DNA from: Candidatus Woesearchaeota archaeon
GTDB taxonomy: Archaea > Nanobdellota > Nanobdellia > Woesearchaeales > ARS49
DNA: 61,147 bases
Assembly (NCBI GenBank): GCA_016929895.1
Contig: JAFGHW010000048.1
Span: 1 to 61,147, forward strand
Direction: 5' to 3'
How positions within the stretch are numbered: position 1 is the stretch's first letter; every line of letters begins with the position of its first letter. Both the position numbers and the translations under genes were made by a program. Of this stretch, positions 1-9,511 are shown piece by piece. The notes beneath the pieces are model-generated. The model searched no databases. It was given only the letters and a program-made list of their open reading frames with translations, and had not been told where the DNA came from.

Positions 1-2
1 TA

Positions 3-791
3 GATATTTTTCATCAATTCGAAACAGATACAACAAAAATAACATTTGGACAATTACAAGATTTAGTTTATAGTCAAGGAACACAAATAGGCAATCCTGG
101 AAATTATTTAGCGCACATTTCTAATACCGCAGGCATATTAAGAAGTTTAGTAATAGTTCTAGACAAAATTCACAAAGGCCAACTAAAATTGCCACATCCA
201 GATATTGCATATGCCATAGGTCTTGTTCATGATTTAAATGCAACTTTTAGTAATTATGCAATTGGTGGACAGCAATCAAAAGAATTTGATGAATTTGTTT
301 TAGCAAAAAAATTAGGATTTAAAAGAATGGCAGATGAAGCAGCAATGCATAGTGATTATTTAGGAGCAATTAATTTGCTGGCTGAGGGAGTTGATTTTCC
401 TAAACAAGAAGCATATATTGGAATGAAACAAATTCTAACGGGAGATGGACCATTAAGTTATCCAAAAATTGAAAGAGAATTTAATAGTTATTTAGAAGGA
501 AAAGACAGATTAAATCTATTATTACTAACTATATCAGATTATACGGAGAAAGGACAGCCACATTTTAATGCAGATAAATTTGATGAAAACTTTGAAGAAA
601 GATCAAAAGATATTATGTGGAGATACCATGGAAAAGCACATTCTCAAGGAAAACTACCATCATTATTAGGACAGGCTTTAGTAAATGGAGGAATGAAAAG
701 AATTGCAATGTATAAAAAAATTGTAAATGTTCTTCTTGAAGCTAATCCAGAAAAAATTGAAAGATTAAAACAAGAAACCAATTTTTTTTAG
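3..791 (+). CDS. HD-domain metal-dependent phosphohydrolase-like protein; 5' end lies outside the window
   Basis: The frame is open from nt 3 to the TAG at 789-791. The track start at 189 is a TTG inside this open frame. A His...His-Asp...Asp pattern (NYLAHISN, GLVHDLN, AMHSDY) is typical of the HD superfamily. Confidence 0.55.
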   Translation, partial: DIFHQFETDTTKITFGQLQDLVYSQGTQIGNPGNYLAHISNTAGILRSLVIVLDKIHKGQLKLPHPDIAYAIGLVHDLNATFSNYAIGGQQSKEFDEFVLAKKLGFKRMADEAAMHSDYLGAINLLAEGVDFPKQEAYIGMKQILTGDGPLSYPKIEREFNSYLEGKDRLNLLLLTISDYTEKGQPHFNADKFDENFEERSKDIMWRYHGKAHSQGKLPSLLGQALVNGGMKRIAMYKKIVNVLLEANPEKIERLKQETNFF

Positions 792-805
792 TTAATTAAT
801 AAAAA

Positions 806-1981
806 ATGATAAACTGCAAAGAATTTTATGACAAATTGAATGAAAAAGGAATAGATTTTTTTGCAGGGGTGCCTGATTCTCTTTTAAAAGATTTTTGTGC
901 TTATATAACTGATAATGCAAAGACAGAAAATCATATAATAACAGCAAATGAAGGCGGAGCAATCGCTCTTGCAACAGGATATTATTTAGCAACAGGAAAA
1001 ATGGTATTAGTTTATATGCAGAATTCAGGACAAGGAAATGCAGTAAATCCATTAATATCTTTAGCAGATTCAGATGTATACAGCATACCTTTATTGATGA
1101 TGGTGGGCTGGAGGGGAGAGCCAGGAAAAAAAGACGAACCACAGCATAAAAAACAAGGAAAAATAACATTAGCTTTGCTAGAAACAATGGGAATAGAATA
1201 TGCGATTCTTCCAGATGACATGGAAGAAGCAGCGAAAATAATAGATTGTGCTGTAACTTACATGGCCGAAAATAATGCGCCGTATGCTCTTATAATTAAA
1301 AAAGGAACATTTGAATCTTATTCTTTGAAAACAGAATTAGAGACTTTCTATGATTTAAACAGAGAACAAGCAATCAAATTAATACTAGATCAATTAAATC
1401 CGAATGATATTGTTATTTCAACAACAGGAAAAACATCAAGAGAACTTTTTGAATACAGAGAAGAATCAAAACAAGGTCATGAAAAAGATTTTTTAACAGT
1501 AGGTTCAATGGGACATGCTTCACAAATTGCTTTAGGAATTGCTTTATCAAAACCTGACAGACAAGTGTATTGTTTTGATGGAGATGGAGCAGTAATAATG
1601 CATACGGGTTCATTGGCGATTATAGGTTCAAAAGCTCCAAAGAACTTTAAGCACGTAGTCTTTAATAATGGAGCGCATGATTCTGTTGGAGGACAGCCAA
1701 CTGTTGGATTTGAAGTAGACTTTCCTGCAATTGCCCAAGCATGCGGGTATCAAAATGTAAAGTCTGCTGAGAAAATAGAAGATATTAAAGAAAAAATTCA
1801 ATTGTTGAAAACATGTGAAGGGCCGGCATTACTTGAAATAAAAATAAACAAAGGCGCAAGAAAAGACTTAGGAAGGCCTACAACAACACCAAAGGACAAT
1901 AAGAAAGCTTTTATGGAGTTTTTAAAGAGGCAGGGTGGGGAAAAATGGAACAGAAGGAATATTTTGGAAATGGCAGAATAA
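806..1981 (+). CDS. ppd: Phosphonopyruvate decarboxylase (thiamine-diphosphate enzyme)
   Basis: 391 aa. It has an N-terminal FFAGVPDSLLKDFCAYI and a TPP motif GDG (nt 1580-1588) ...NN (GDGAVIMHTGS...VFNNGAHDSVGGQ). An Fe-alcohol dehydrogenase follows immediately, as in phosphonate loci. Confidence 0.72.
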   Translation: MINCKEFYDKLNEKGIDFFAGVPDSLLKDFCAYITDNAKTENHIITANEGGAIALATGYYLATGKMVLVYMQNSGQGNAVNPLISLADSDVYSIPLLMMVGWRGEPGKKDEPQHKKQGKITLALLETMGIEYAILPDDMEEAAKIIDCAVTYMAENNAPYALIIKKGTFESYSLKTELETFYDLNREQAIKLILDQLNPNDIVISTTGKTSRELFEYREESKQGHEKDFLTVGSMGHASQIALGIALSKPDRQVYCFDGDGAVIMHTGSLAIIGSKAPKNFKHVVFNNGAHDSVGGQPTVGFEVDFPAIAQACGYQNVKSAEKIEDIKEKIQLLKTCEGPALLEIKINKGARKDLGRPTTTPKDNKKAFMEFLKRQGGEKWNRRNILEMAE

Positions 1982-3087
1982 TACATGTAGAACATGTATT
2001 ACAAGATATTGAAGCTAGAAATATATTTTTAGTAACTGGAAAAAAGTCTTATGAATCCTCAGAAGCAAAATCCAAATTAGATTATCTATTAAGAAGATAT
2101 GATGTTACCAATTTTTCTGATTTTAATGGAAATCCTAATTTAAGAGACATAGAAAAAGGTATTAATTTATTTAACCAAGGGAAATATGATATGGTTATGG
2201 CGGTAGGGGGCGGGCGTGTTATTGATACTGCAAAAGCAATCAATTCTCTTTCGGTTCAATCAAAAAATCCCGAGGAATATATACGCGGAAAAAGAAAAAT
2301 CAAATACAAAGGCAAGCCATTAGTAGCAATACCAACAACAGCAGGCTCTGGAAGCGAAGCAACACATTTTGCGGTAATATACGTTGCTGGAACAAAATAT
2401 TCATTAGCAGATCAATCTATGTTGCCTGATTTTGCTATTATTGATCCTGAATTAACACATAGTTTGCCTAGAAAAATAACTGCAGAATCAGGAATGGATG
2501 CGTTATCACAGGCAATAGAAGCTTATTGGAGCGTAAACTCAACAGAGGAATCACAAAGATATTCGGCGAATACAATATACTTAGTAATGGATAACTTGAT
2601 AGATGCTGTAAATAACCCATCGCCGAAATCTAGAGAAGGTATGGCTTTAGCATCTAATTTAGCAGGAAAAGCAATAAATGAAGCAAAAACAACTGCTCCA
2701 CATGCAATATCTTATCCAATGACTTTTCATTTTAAGGTAGCCCATGGACAAGCAGTTGGACTAACTTTACCCTCTATTTTGTTGTATAATTTTAAAGTAA
2801 CAAATGAAGATTGCATTGATTCTAGAGGCGTAGAATATGTATCTAAAAAAATAGAAGAAATATGTGATTTTCTAGGGGCATCAGGAGAAGCACGCCTTGC
2901 GAAATTTAAATTAACAGAATTAATGCAAAAAATAGGACTTAAAACCCGATTAAGAGATGTGGGGATTTCTACAGAAGAAGATGTAGAAAAAATAGTTGCA
3001 GAAGGATTTAATCTACAGAGAATGAAAAATAACCCACGTTTGATTACTTCAGATGTTTTATGGCACATGTTAATGCAGATTAGATAA
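1945..3087 (+). CDS. Iron-containing alcohol dehydrogenase, phosphonoacetaldehyde-reductase-like (PhpC/FomC type by context)
   Basis: 380 aa. Fe-ADH signatures are GGGRVIDTAKA and PTTAGSGSE, with metal His residues in HAISYPM and HGQAVG. The start overlaps the end of ppd by 37 nt. Confidence 0.7.
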   Translation: MEQKEYFGNGRIIHVEHVLQDIEARNIFLVTGKKSYESSEAKSKLDYLLRRYDVTNFSDFNGNPNLRDIEKGINLFNQGKYDMVMAVGGGRVIDTAKAINSLSVQSKNPEEYIRGKRKIKYKGKPLVAIPTTAGSGSEATHFAVIYVAGTKYSLADQSMLPDFAIIDPELTHSLPRKITAESGMDALSQAIEAYWSVNSTEESQRYSANTIYLVMDNLIDAVNNPSPKSREGMALASNLAGKAINEAKTTAPHAISYPMTFHFKVAHGQAVGLTLPSILLYNFKVTNEDCIDSRGVEYVSKKIEEICDFLGASGEARLAKFKLTELMQKIGLKTRLRDVGISTEEDVEKIVAEGFNLQRMKNNPRLITSDVLWHMLMQIR

Positions 3088-3126
3088 ACGCATGATTTAT
3101 AAACGATTATTAATTTTTACTAATCT

Positions 3127-4605
3127 ATGAGTTACACAAAGAGAGCATTAAGAGGGTCATTGTTTGTATTTATTGCATCAATAATAACCGCTTTTTTAGG
3201 CTATTTTATACGGATAATTCTTGCACGAAATCTAAGTGTAGAAGATTATGGATTGTTTTTTGCAGTGTTTGCCTTTATAAGTTTTTTATTATTTTTTAGA
3301 GACTTAGGGCTAGGAAGCGCCTTAGTAAAACATCTTGCAGAATTCAAAGCGAAGAAAAAATTTAATGCAATAAAAACAGGAATTGTATCAGTATTTTTAT
3401 CCTTATTAATACTATCTGCAATATTTGGAGTTGTGCTTTATCTTTTAGCGCCGTTTCTTGCGCAAAATTATTTTAAAGATGAACGCGCGCTCTATATAAT
3501 ATATTTTTTCATAGCTTATATTCTTTTTAGTGCATTATTCTTGTTTTTAAGAAATATATTCCAAGGTCTGCAAAAAATCAAAACATTTGCATTAATGGAG
3601 CCAATGCGGTTAGGAATTGCTTTGTTGACAATAATCATATTTTTCGCGTTTGAATATTCATTATTCGCGCCTGTTATTGCATATTCTCTATCTTGGCTAG
3701 CGATATTTCTAATATTTCTTCCATTTGCGAGCAGTGCCTTTTCTTTTTTCGGATACCGAATTAAAAATATGAAAAAGGTAACCAAGCAATTATATCTGTT
3801 TGGAATAGCAATAGCTCTTGCGCACATAGGTGCAAAAGTAATCGCAAGAATAGACACGTTAATGTTAACATATTTTACATCGTTGACTGAAGTAGGGATT
3901 TATAATGTAGTCTTGCCAACAGCCCTATTATTTTTATTCTTTAGTGAAGCAATATCCCCTATATTATATCCTCTTGTTTCAGAACTATGGGCGAAAAAAG
4001 ACCAAAAAAAACTTTCAGAAGGGATAAATTTGCTTTATAAGTATTCGTTTGTAATAACAATTCCTGCTTTTTTAACTGTACTAGTTTTTTCTTCATTAAT
4101 TATCAAAATCCTTTTTGGAATAGAATATGTTGCCGGCAGTCTAGCACTTCAAATTTTATTAGTCGGGATATTATTTTTATTAGTTGCTACAATTAATAAT
4201 ACAGTCTTAGCAGCAATAGGAAGACCCGCCGCAGTAACAAAAGCATTTTTAATTGTTGCGGGATTAAATATTTTATTAAATTTATTATTAATTCCAATGC
4301 TGGGAATAAATGGGGCGGCAATAGCAACTGCTATCAGTTATCTTGCACTATTGTTGATATCAACAATTTTTGTTGCGAGATATATTCATTTTAAGTTTCC
4401 TTTATTTGCCTGGGCAAAAACATTTCTAATTGGACTGGTTTTCTTATTTATTGCTTTTGCAATGAAAATAGTATTAGCCACAAATATATGGATAGAGCTA
4501 ATAATAACGGTATTTTTAGCAGGACTTATTTATTTGATTTTAGCATATTTACTTAGATTGATAGATATAAAAGAATTGAAAAAATACTTAAAAAAAGCAA
4601 TTTAA
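3127..4605 (+). CDS. Wzx/MOP-superfamily oligosaccharide flippase
   Basis: 492 aa, hydrophobic throughout with roughly 12-14 helices. It shows the polysaccharide-biosynthesis-protein pattern, including a C-terminal GINGAAIATAISY. Confidence 0.72.
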   Translation: MSYTKRALRGSLFVFIASIITAFLGYFIRIILARNLSVEDYGLFFAVFAFISFLLFFRDLGLGSALVKHLAEFKAKKKFNAIKTGIVSVFLSLLILSAIFGVVLYLLAPFLAQNYFKDERALYIIYFFIAYILFSALFLFLRNIFQGLQKIKTFALMEPMRLGIALLTIIIFFAFEYSLFAPVIAYSLSWLAIFLIFLPFASSAFSFFGYRIKNMKKVTKQLYLFGIAIALAHIGAKVIARIDTLMLTYFTSLTEVGIYNVVLPTALLFLFFSEAISPILYPLVSELWAKKDQKKLSEGINLLYKYSFVITIPAFLTVLVFSSLIIKILFGIEYVAGSLALQILLVGILFLLVATINNTVLAAIGRPAAVTKAFLIVAGLNILLNLLLIPMLGINGAAIATAISYLALLLISTIFVARYIHFKFPLFAWAKTFLIGLVFLFIAFAMKIVLATNIWIELIITVFLAGLIYLILAYLLRLIDIKELKKYLKKAI

Positions 4606-5291
4606 ATTCGAAATCTTAAAAAAAGCAATTGAAAAAAAATCTTAACAACATCAATTGTCTTCATATTAGAATCATTCTGATGCGTCCATTTAATTGCCAC
4701 TTCTTTATAGGATACTTTGTGTTTTTTGATTCTGTGAAAAAGCTCGACATCAAAAATCCAACGCTCTGATTTAAGATTACTAAATAATTTTCTAGCAATA
4801 TCTGTTCTAAAGCCTTTGAATCCACAAAGATAATCTGAAAACGATGTCTGAAATAAAATGCTGACGTAATTATTAAATCCAAAACTCAAAATTCTTCTTG
4901 TAAAGTCCTTTTCTACTTTTGATTCCTTGAGATTTCTACTTCCCACAACAACATCATATTTATTAAATAAAGAAAGCATTTTTGAAATCTCTTTTGGGGC
5001 GGTAGCCCCATCAGCATCTATAAATAAAAGATGGCTACCGGTTGCTGCAGATACACCTGTTCTTACTGCATTTGCCTTGCCTTTATTTGGCGTATACGAA
5101 ATAATTCTTAAATTTTTATACTTCATATCTTTAAGAATATCCAAACTCCTGTCTTTAGAACCGTCATTAACTGCAATAATCTCATATTTCTTAAGATTCT
5201 TTACACAGTATTCATTTAAATCTTTAAAAAAAGAAGACATTCTGCCTTCTTCATTGTATACCGGAATAATAATCGAAATTTTACTAATCAT
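4602..5291 (-). CDS. GT2 polyprenyl/dolichyl-phosphate glycosyltransferase
   Basis: 229 aa. GT-A motifs are IIIPVYNEE, NDGSKDRS and FIDADG (DxD). It overlaps the upstream GT-C gene by 8 nt. Confidence 0.85.
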   Translation of the reverse strand: MISKISIIIPVYNEEGRMSSFFKDLNEYCVKNLKKYEIIAVNDGSKDRSLDILKDMKYKNLRIISYTPNKGKANAVRTGVSAATGSHLLFIDADGATAPKEISKMLSLFNKYDVVVGSRNLKESKVEKDFTRRILSFGFNNYVSILFQTSFSDYLCGFKGFRTDIARKLFSNLKSERWIFDVELFHRIKKHKVSYKEVAIKWTHQNDSNMKTIDVVKIFFQLLFLRFRI

Positions 5292-6936
5292 TTTTAATCC
5301 AATAATATTCTATTTTTCCTCGCTTGATATCGTAAGTCTTCTTTAACAATGGACGCCTGGTTTCAATCTCGCTCATATTAAACTTTCCTCCCTTTTTTAA
5401 GAGCATTTGAATTGGCGCAAATTTGTCTTCTTGTTTGATGAGGCCAATCAAATCTATTTTATAATTACCCGAGATGTATTCAAACATTTCATTATTGTTT
5501 TTAAAGTTATTGAATTGGCTCATATCAATATAAACAAAATCAATATTAAAAACTTTTTCCTTATACTTAAAGTCAGTAAGATTTCCGGCGCCGCCACAGC
5601 TTCTTTTTGCATAGGAACAAACAGCCATTCCCTGAGAATGTGTAAATGCTATAATTCTATCGCCCCATTCTGTTTGCTTTTGGATATATTCGCCGATTAC
5701 ATCTTGTCCATAAAAATTAGTATCCCATACGCGATTATTTGCAGCTTGAACACTGCCTATAGCAAAGAGCAGAATTATCAAGGGAGCGAACTGTAATATT
5801 TTTATTTTGGTAATTCGTTTTAGAAGTAAACCGCAAGTATAGAAAAAATATGCCGCCGAAATACAAACCAATGGCAGAAAAGGCATTTGATAATAACTGT
5901 GGCCGGCAAATTTGCTTGAAATAATCATAACATACGGAACGAATGCCAAAAGGTAGCCAATCATAAATCTTGCAAATTTAGTTTTATACTTTACCGCCGC
6001 AAAAATAATGCCGACAAATGCAAACCAAAAAAACCACCAAGTATAATTATCGGCAATGTACGATTTGATAGCGGGAATTCTTGTAATCCAGTACTCAGAT
6101 CCAAAAACTCTAAATAAATCAACACTGTAATTGCTCTTAGATGCATCCAGCATAGTCACTTCAAATAATAAATTTAAAAAAATACATGGCAAAAAACCCA
6201 AAAAACCATACAATGCGCTGTAAAAGAAGTTTTTTCTTTTTTCTCTAAGCATTGCAAGAATTTTATAATACGGAAAAACAAATACAAAAGGAACAAGAAT
6301 TATAAGGTATGTGGCTTTGAAACAGCCTGCAATACCTACCGCTAGCATAGACCAAAATGCAAATTTTAATTTCAATATTTCAGTCCATTTCAAGTAAAGC
6401 AAACTTCCCAGTAAAATAAAGAACAAAGCAGGAGATTCTGGCTGAATATTTCTTCCAAAATAAATTCCTAAAGGCATAAATGATAAAAAAAATGAACTTA
6501 ATAAAGAAAGATATTCATTATTAGTCAATTGTTTTACAATATAATATAATAAAATTATGGAACCTGTCATAAAACAAATCATTGCAAGACGAGGCAGCCA
6601 TAGATTAATCCCAAAAATTTTCCAAAAAACAAAAATAATATATGAAACCATAGGAACCTGGCTGTATTCCTCGTGATATGGAATAACTCCTTTTTCTCCG
6701 TGAGTTAATTCATCCAGACCATAGAAAGCAAAAGCCCTTTTGTGCAAAAAATTACCTTCTCTATAGAAATTATATGCGGGATCGAGATATTCATTCTCTT
6801 TCATATTATGATAGCCGATAGAAGGAAAATTAATATTGTATACTCTTAAATAAAATCCGAAAAGAAGAAATATTATAAGAAATACATAAGTCAAATTAAT
6901 ACTTTTATCGCTTATTTTGATATACCACATATACAC
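5284..6936 (-). CDS. GT-C fold membrane glycosyltransferase (PMT_2/ArnT-like)
   Basis: 550 aa with many TM helices followed by a C-terminal soluble domain. The first loop is acidic (HNMKENEYLDPAYNFY). It is co-oriented with, and overlaps, the GT2 gene downstream. Confidence 0.6.
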   Translation of the reverse strand: MYMWYIKISDKSINLTYVFLIIFLLFGFYLRVYNINFPSIGYHNMKENEYLDPAYNFYREGNFLHKRAFAFYGLDELTHGEKGVIPYHEEYSQVPMVSYIIFVFWKIFGINLWLPRLAMICFMTGSIILLYYIVKQLTNNEYLSLLSSFFLSFMPLGIYFGRNIQPESPALFFILLGSLLYLKWTEILKLKFAFWSMLAVGIAGCFKATYLIILVPFVFVFPYYKILAMLREKRKNFFYSALYGFLGFLPCIFLNLLFEVTMLDASKSNYSVDLFRVFGSEYWITRIPAIKSYIADNYTWWFFWFAFVGIIFAAVKYKTKFARFMIGYLLAFVPYVMIISSKFAGHSYYQMPFLPLVCISAAYFFYTCGLLLKRITKIKILQFAPLIILLFAIGSVQAANNRVWDTNFYGQDVIGEYIQKQTEWGDRIIAFTHSQGMAVCSYAKRSCGGAGNLTDFKYKEKVFNIDFVYIDMSQFNNFKNNNEMFEYISGNYKIDLIGLIKQEDKFAPIQMLLKKGGKFNMSEIETRRPLLKKTYDIKRGKIEYYWIKND

Positions 6937-7026
6937 TCCCCAAGGCTTTTTGATTCAAATTTGATTTATAAACCTTTTGATTATAAATCCATTAATTTTA
7001 TAAGACGATAAAGACAAGTTATTTAT

Positions 7027-8334
7027 ATGAAAATAACAAAAGAAGTTCATAGAGTTCTCAGATTAATTGCCAGCAAAAAAATAGACTATGTAGTGATACG
7101 CAACTTTGAAAGAATACTTCAAAATAAGCCTTATCAGGAAAAGGATGTAGATATTCTTATCGGGTCAGATAATAAAAGAAAAGTCATACGTTTATTATCA
7201 AATCAAGGATTTACTAAATTATTGTTATGTCCCTCGGCGGGACATTATGGATTTGTTAAGTACACAAATGGAAAATTTTTATCATTTCATCTTCATACCG
7301 GAGGAGTATCCGGCGCAAATATATTTTATCTGGATTCTAACTCAATATTTGAAAGACGAAAACAAGTTAAAGAAATATATGTGCCTTCAAAAGAAGATCA
7401 GATTCTTATACTTTTATTGCATTCATTTCTTGATTCGCATGAAATCAAACAAAAATATCGCGAAAAAATAAATAGTCTGCTTAAAAAACAATTAGACTGG
7501 GATTATTTAAACAAAAAATTAATCGAACAATCTAATTACGCCTTTTCAAATAAAATATTAGGCTACCTTAAAACTAAAAAATATAAAAAACTAGAAAAAT
7601 TGAGATCAAAATTTAGAAAACAGTTCTATTACTATAATTTAAATAGAAGTTTGGGAATATTAAAAACAAAAATACATATGTATTTCTGGGCGGTATATCG
7701 TTTATTTAGAAATGCTCCTTTACTTAGTTTTATAGGCATGGACGGAACAGGCAAAACAACCATGGCAAAACTCTTAAAATATAGGTTAGATAACAGCTTG
7801 ATAACAAATACTTTGATTTATACTGGTCGAGGGAGAAATAATCTTCTTCCAATACAATTTTTTGGCAGAAGATATATACGAATAACGAATAAACCACAAA
7901 AAAACAATAAAAAAATAAATTTTACTAATAAAAATAGTATTTTTACAAAAATAATGCACACTCTTGCTGCGCCAATATTTGCATTTGACTTATTTTTAAG
8001 ATATTGGATAACAATATGGCCCAAAAGAAAAACTACACAAATTGTTATAACAGATAGGTATTCAACAGATATCCTCCTCATGGCTCATGTGCCTATGTTT
8101 TTCAAAAAAATAATGTTCTTATTTTTTCCAAAGCCATCCTTAACTATATACTTGTATAATCATCCAAAAGAGCTTCATAAACGAAAAAAAGAGCATCCAA
8201 TAAATGATTTATACCGGCAGAAAAAATTATTTTTGAATATAAACAAAAAAGTCAAATCAATCAAAATTAAATCGGATAACGTCGATAAAACATTAAATAA
8301 GATATCTAAACTTATGTCAGACATCTTTTTTTAA
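7027..8334 (+). CDS. Fusion protein: nucleotidyltransferase-like N-terminal region plus thymidylate-kinase-like P-loop kinase domain
   Basis: 435 aa. The N-terminal part has DVDILIGSD. The C-terminal part has a Walker A FIGMDGTGKTT and ITDRYSTD (a DRY-type motif). Confidence 0.5.
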   Translation: MKITKEVHRVLRLIASKKIDYVVIRNFERILQNKPYQEKDVDILIGSDNKRKVIRLLSNQGFTKLLLCPSAGHYGFVKYTNGKFLSFHLHTGGVSGANIFYLDSNSIFERRKQVKEIYVPSKEDQILILLLHSFLDSHEIKQKYREKINSLLKKQLDWDYLNKKLIEQSNYAFSNKILGYLKTKKYKKLEKLRSKFRKQFYYYNLNRSLGILKTKIHMYFWAVYRLFRNAPLLSFIGMDGTGKTTMAKLLKYRLDNSLITNTLIYTGRGRNNLLPIQFFGRRYIRITNKPQKNNKKINFTNKNSIFTKIMHTLAAPIFAFDLFLRYWITIWPKRKTTQIVITDRYSTDILLMAHVPMFFKKIMFLFFPKPSLTIYLYNHPKELHKRKKEHPINDLYRQKKLFLNINKKVKSIKIKSDNVDKTLNKISKLMSDIFF

Positions 8335-9501
8335 CAATTTTTTATAAAGTTCTAAATGTTTTTTTGCAATAATTGAAACATCAAATTTTTTAACGGTTTT
8401 ATATGCATTTTTTGTTAATTTTCTCTGAAGTTCAGGATTATTTATCATTTCTAAAATTTTTTCAGCCAAACTTTTAGGATTATTGGGGAGGGCCATAAGC
8501 ACATCTTTATAATCTGTAACCAGTTCGTTTATCTCAGGAATGCTTGTGGTAACAATTGGTGTTTTGCATGCCATTGCTTCTAGTAAGCATAATGGATTTG
8601 CTTCTGTTGCTTGTAAATTCCGATAAGGAAAGATTACTGCATTGGCCATGCTGAGATAATCAGCAACATTAATTTTTTTAACCATCAACTTGATTATTGT
8701 TCTGTTCTTCTTCTTTTTTAGATATTCTGTGTATTCTTTGGGCCAAACAGTCGGATGAATCATTAAAATCGTAATATTTTTATTTTTTGGCAAATAATCA
8801 ATACAATTAAGAATAATATCTGTTCCTTTAGAATGAACTCTATTTCCATAATATAAAATCAATTTATCTTTTTTATTAAATCCATATTTTTTTCTTAAAC
8901 CGGTTTTGTTTTTTTTGCGGAAGTTTTTAATATAAATTGGCGAATTAATGATCGTTATTTTATTTTTTTCACATCCTTTTTTGATAAATTCCTTTTTTAA
9001 TAGTTCTAAAGAGCTAATAACCGCATCGCTAAGATTAAGTAGTTTAAATGAAAAGTTATCAAAAACAGAAGAAGATTTAATTGTGTGCACTTTTTTAGCG
9101 TTTTTAGAAAAACTTTTTGCCAGAATATTATTTAATACGAGTATCGGTGCGGAGCTAAAACTATGAATTATATCAAACTTTAAATTCAGCCTTTTTTGAA
9201 CATATCTTAATCCCGCGGGCGCGGCAAAAAATCGGTTAAAAAACAAGGAGGGGTTTAAAATCCATACATTTGTCTTAAACTGGGGAAATTTATATGGACG
9301 AAAGATAGGAATTCCTTCAACTAATTCAAATCTTTTTTTTGCAGGAAGAATATTCTTATGTTGCGTGTATTTTTCCCGGCCGCTAATCATTACAACAGTA
9401 TTTCCCTGTCTTTTAAACTCTTTAGCTAAATTTAAAAGAGTGGTAAAACCTGCATCCACTGTGCTGGGATGATATTCTTTTGTAAGAAAAGCTATATTCA
9501 T
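8317..9501 (-). CDS. GT4 (GT-B fold) glycosyltransferase
   Basis: 394 aa with a C-terminal E-x7-E-type region, TEANPLCLLEAMACKTPIVTT. Confidence 0.85.
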   Translation of the reverse strand: MNIAFLTKEYHPSTVDAGFTTLLNLAKEFKRQGNTVVMISGREKYTQHKNILPAKKRFELVEGIPIFRPYKFPQFKTNVWILNPSLFFNRFFAAPAGLRYVQKRLNLKFDIIHSFSSAPILVLNNILAKSFSKNAKKVHTIKSSSVFDNFSFKLLNLSDAVISSLELLKKEFIKKGCEKNKITIINSPIYIKNFRKKNKTGLRKKYGFNKKDKLILYYGNRVHSKGTDIILNCIDYLPKNKNITILMIHPTVWPKEYTEYLKKKKNRTIIKLMVKKINVADYLSMANAVIFPYRNLQATEANPLCLLEAMACKTPIVTTSIPEINELVTDYKDVLMALPNNPKSLAEKILEMINNPELQRKLTKNAYKTVKKFDVSIIAKKHLELYKKLLKKDV

Positions 9502-9511
9502 TTTGTATGCC

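Noticed and set aside
792-1187. Many antisense or alternative-frame ORFs appear in the six-frame track. Examples are 792-1187, 2727-3068, 3516-3857, 19842-20222, 22544-22969, 59891-60367 and 60707-60997.
   Set aside because: They lie entirely inside longer ORFs that carry clear family motifs on the other strand or frame. Their translations are low-complexity Leu/Phe/Ile/Ser-rich, as expected for shadow frames of AT-rich coding DNA.
806-1981. The TPP enzyme might be read as sulfopyruvate decarboxylase (ComDE, coenzyme M synthesis) or an acetolactate-synthase-like enzyme.
   Set aside because: The single-polypeptide length, the GVPDSLLKDF N-terminus, the overlapping Fe-ADH and the glycan-locus context fit phosphonopyruvate decarboxylase better. 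This reading remains the main alternative and is listed as a refutation test.
1945-1981. The 37-nt overlap between ppd and the alcohol dehydrogenase might signal a frameshifted fusion or pseudogene.
   Set aside because: Both ORFs are full length with intact N- and C-terminal family motifs. Short overlaps are common throughout this window.
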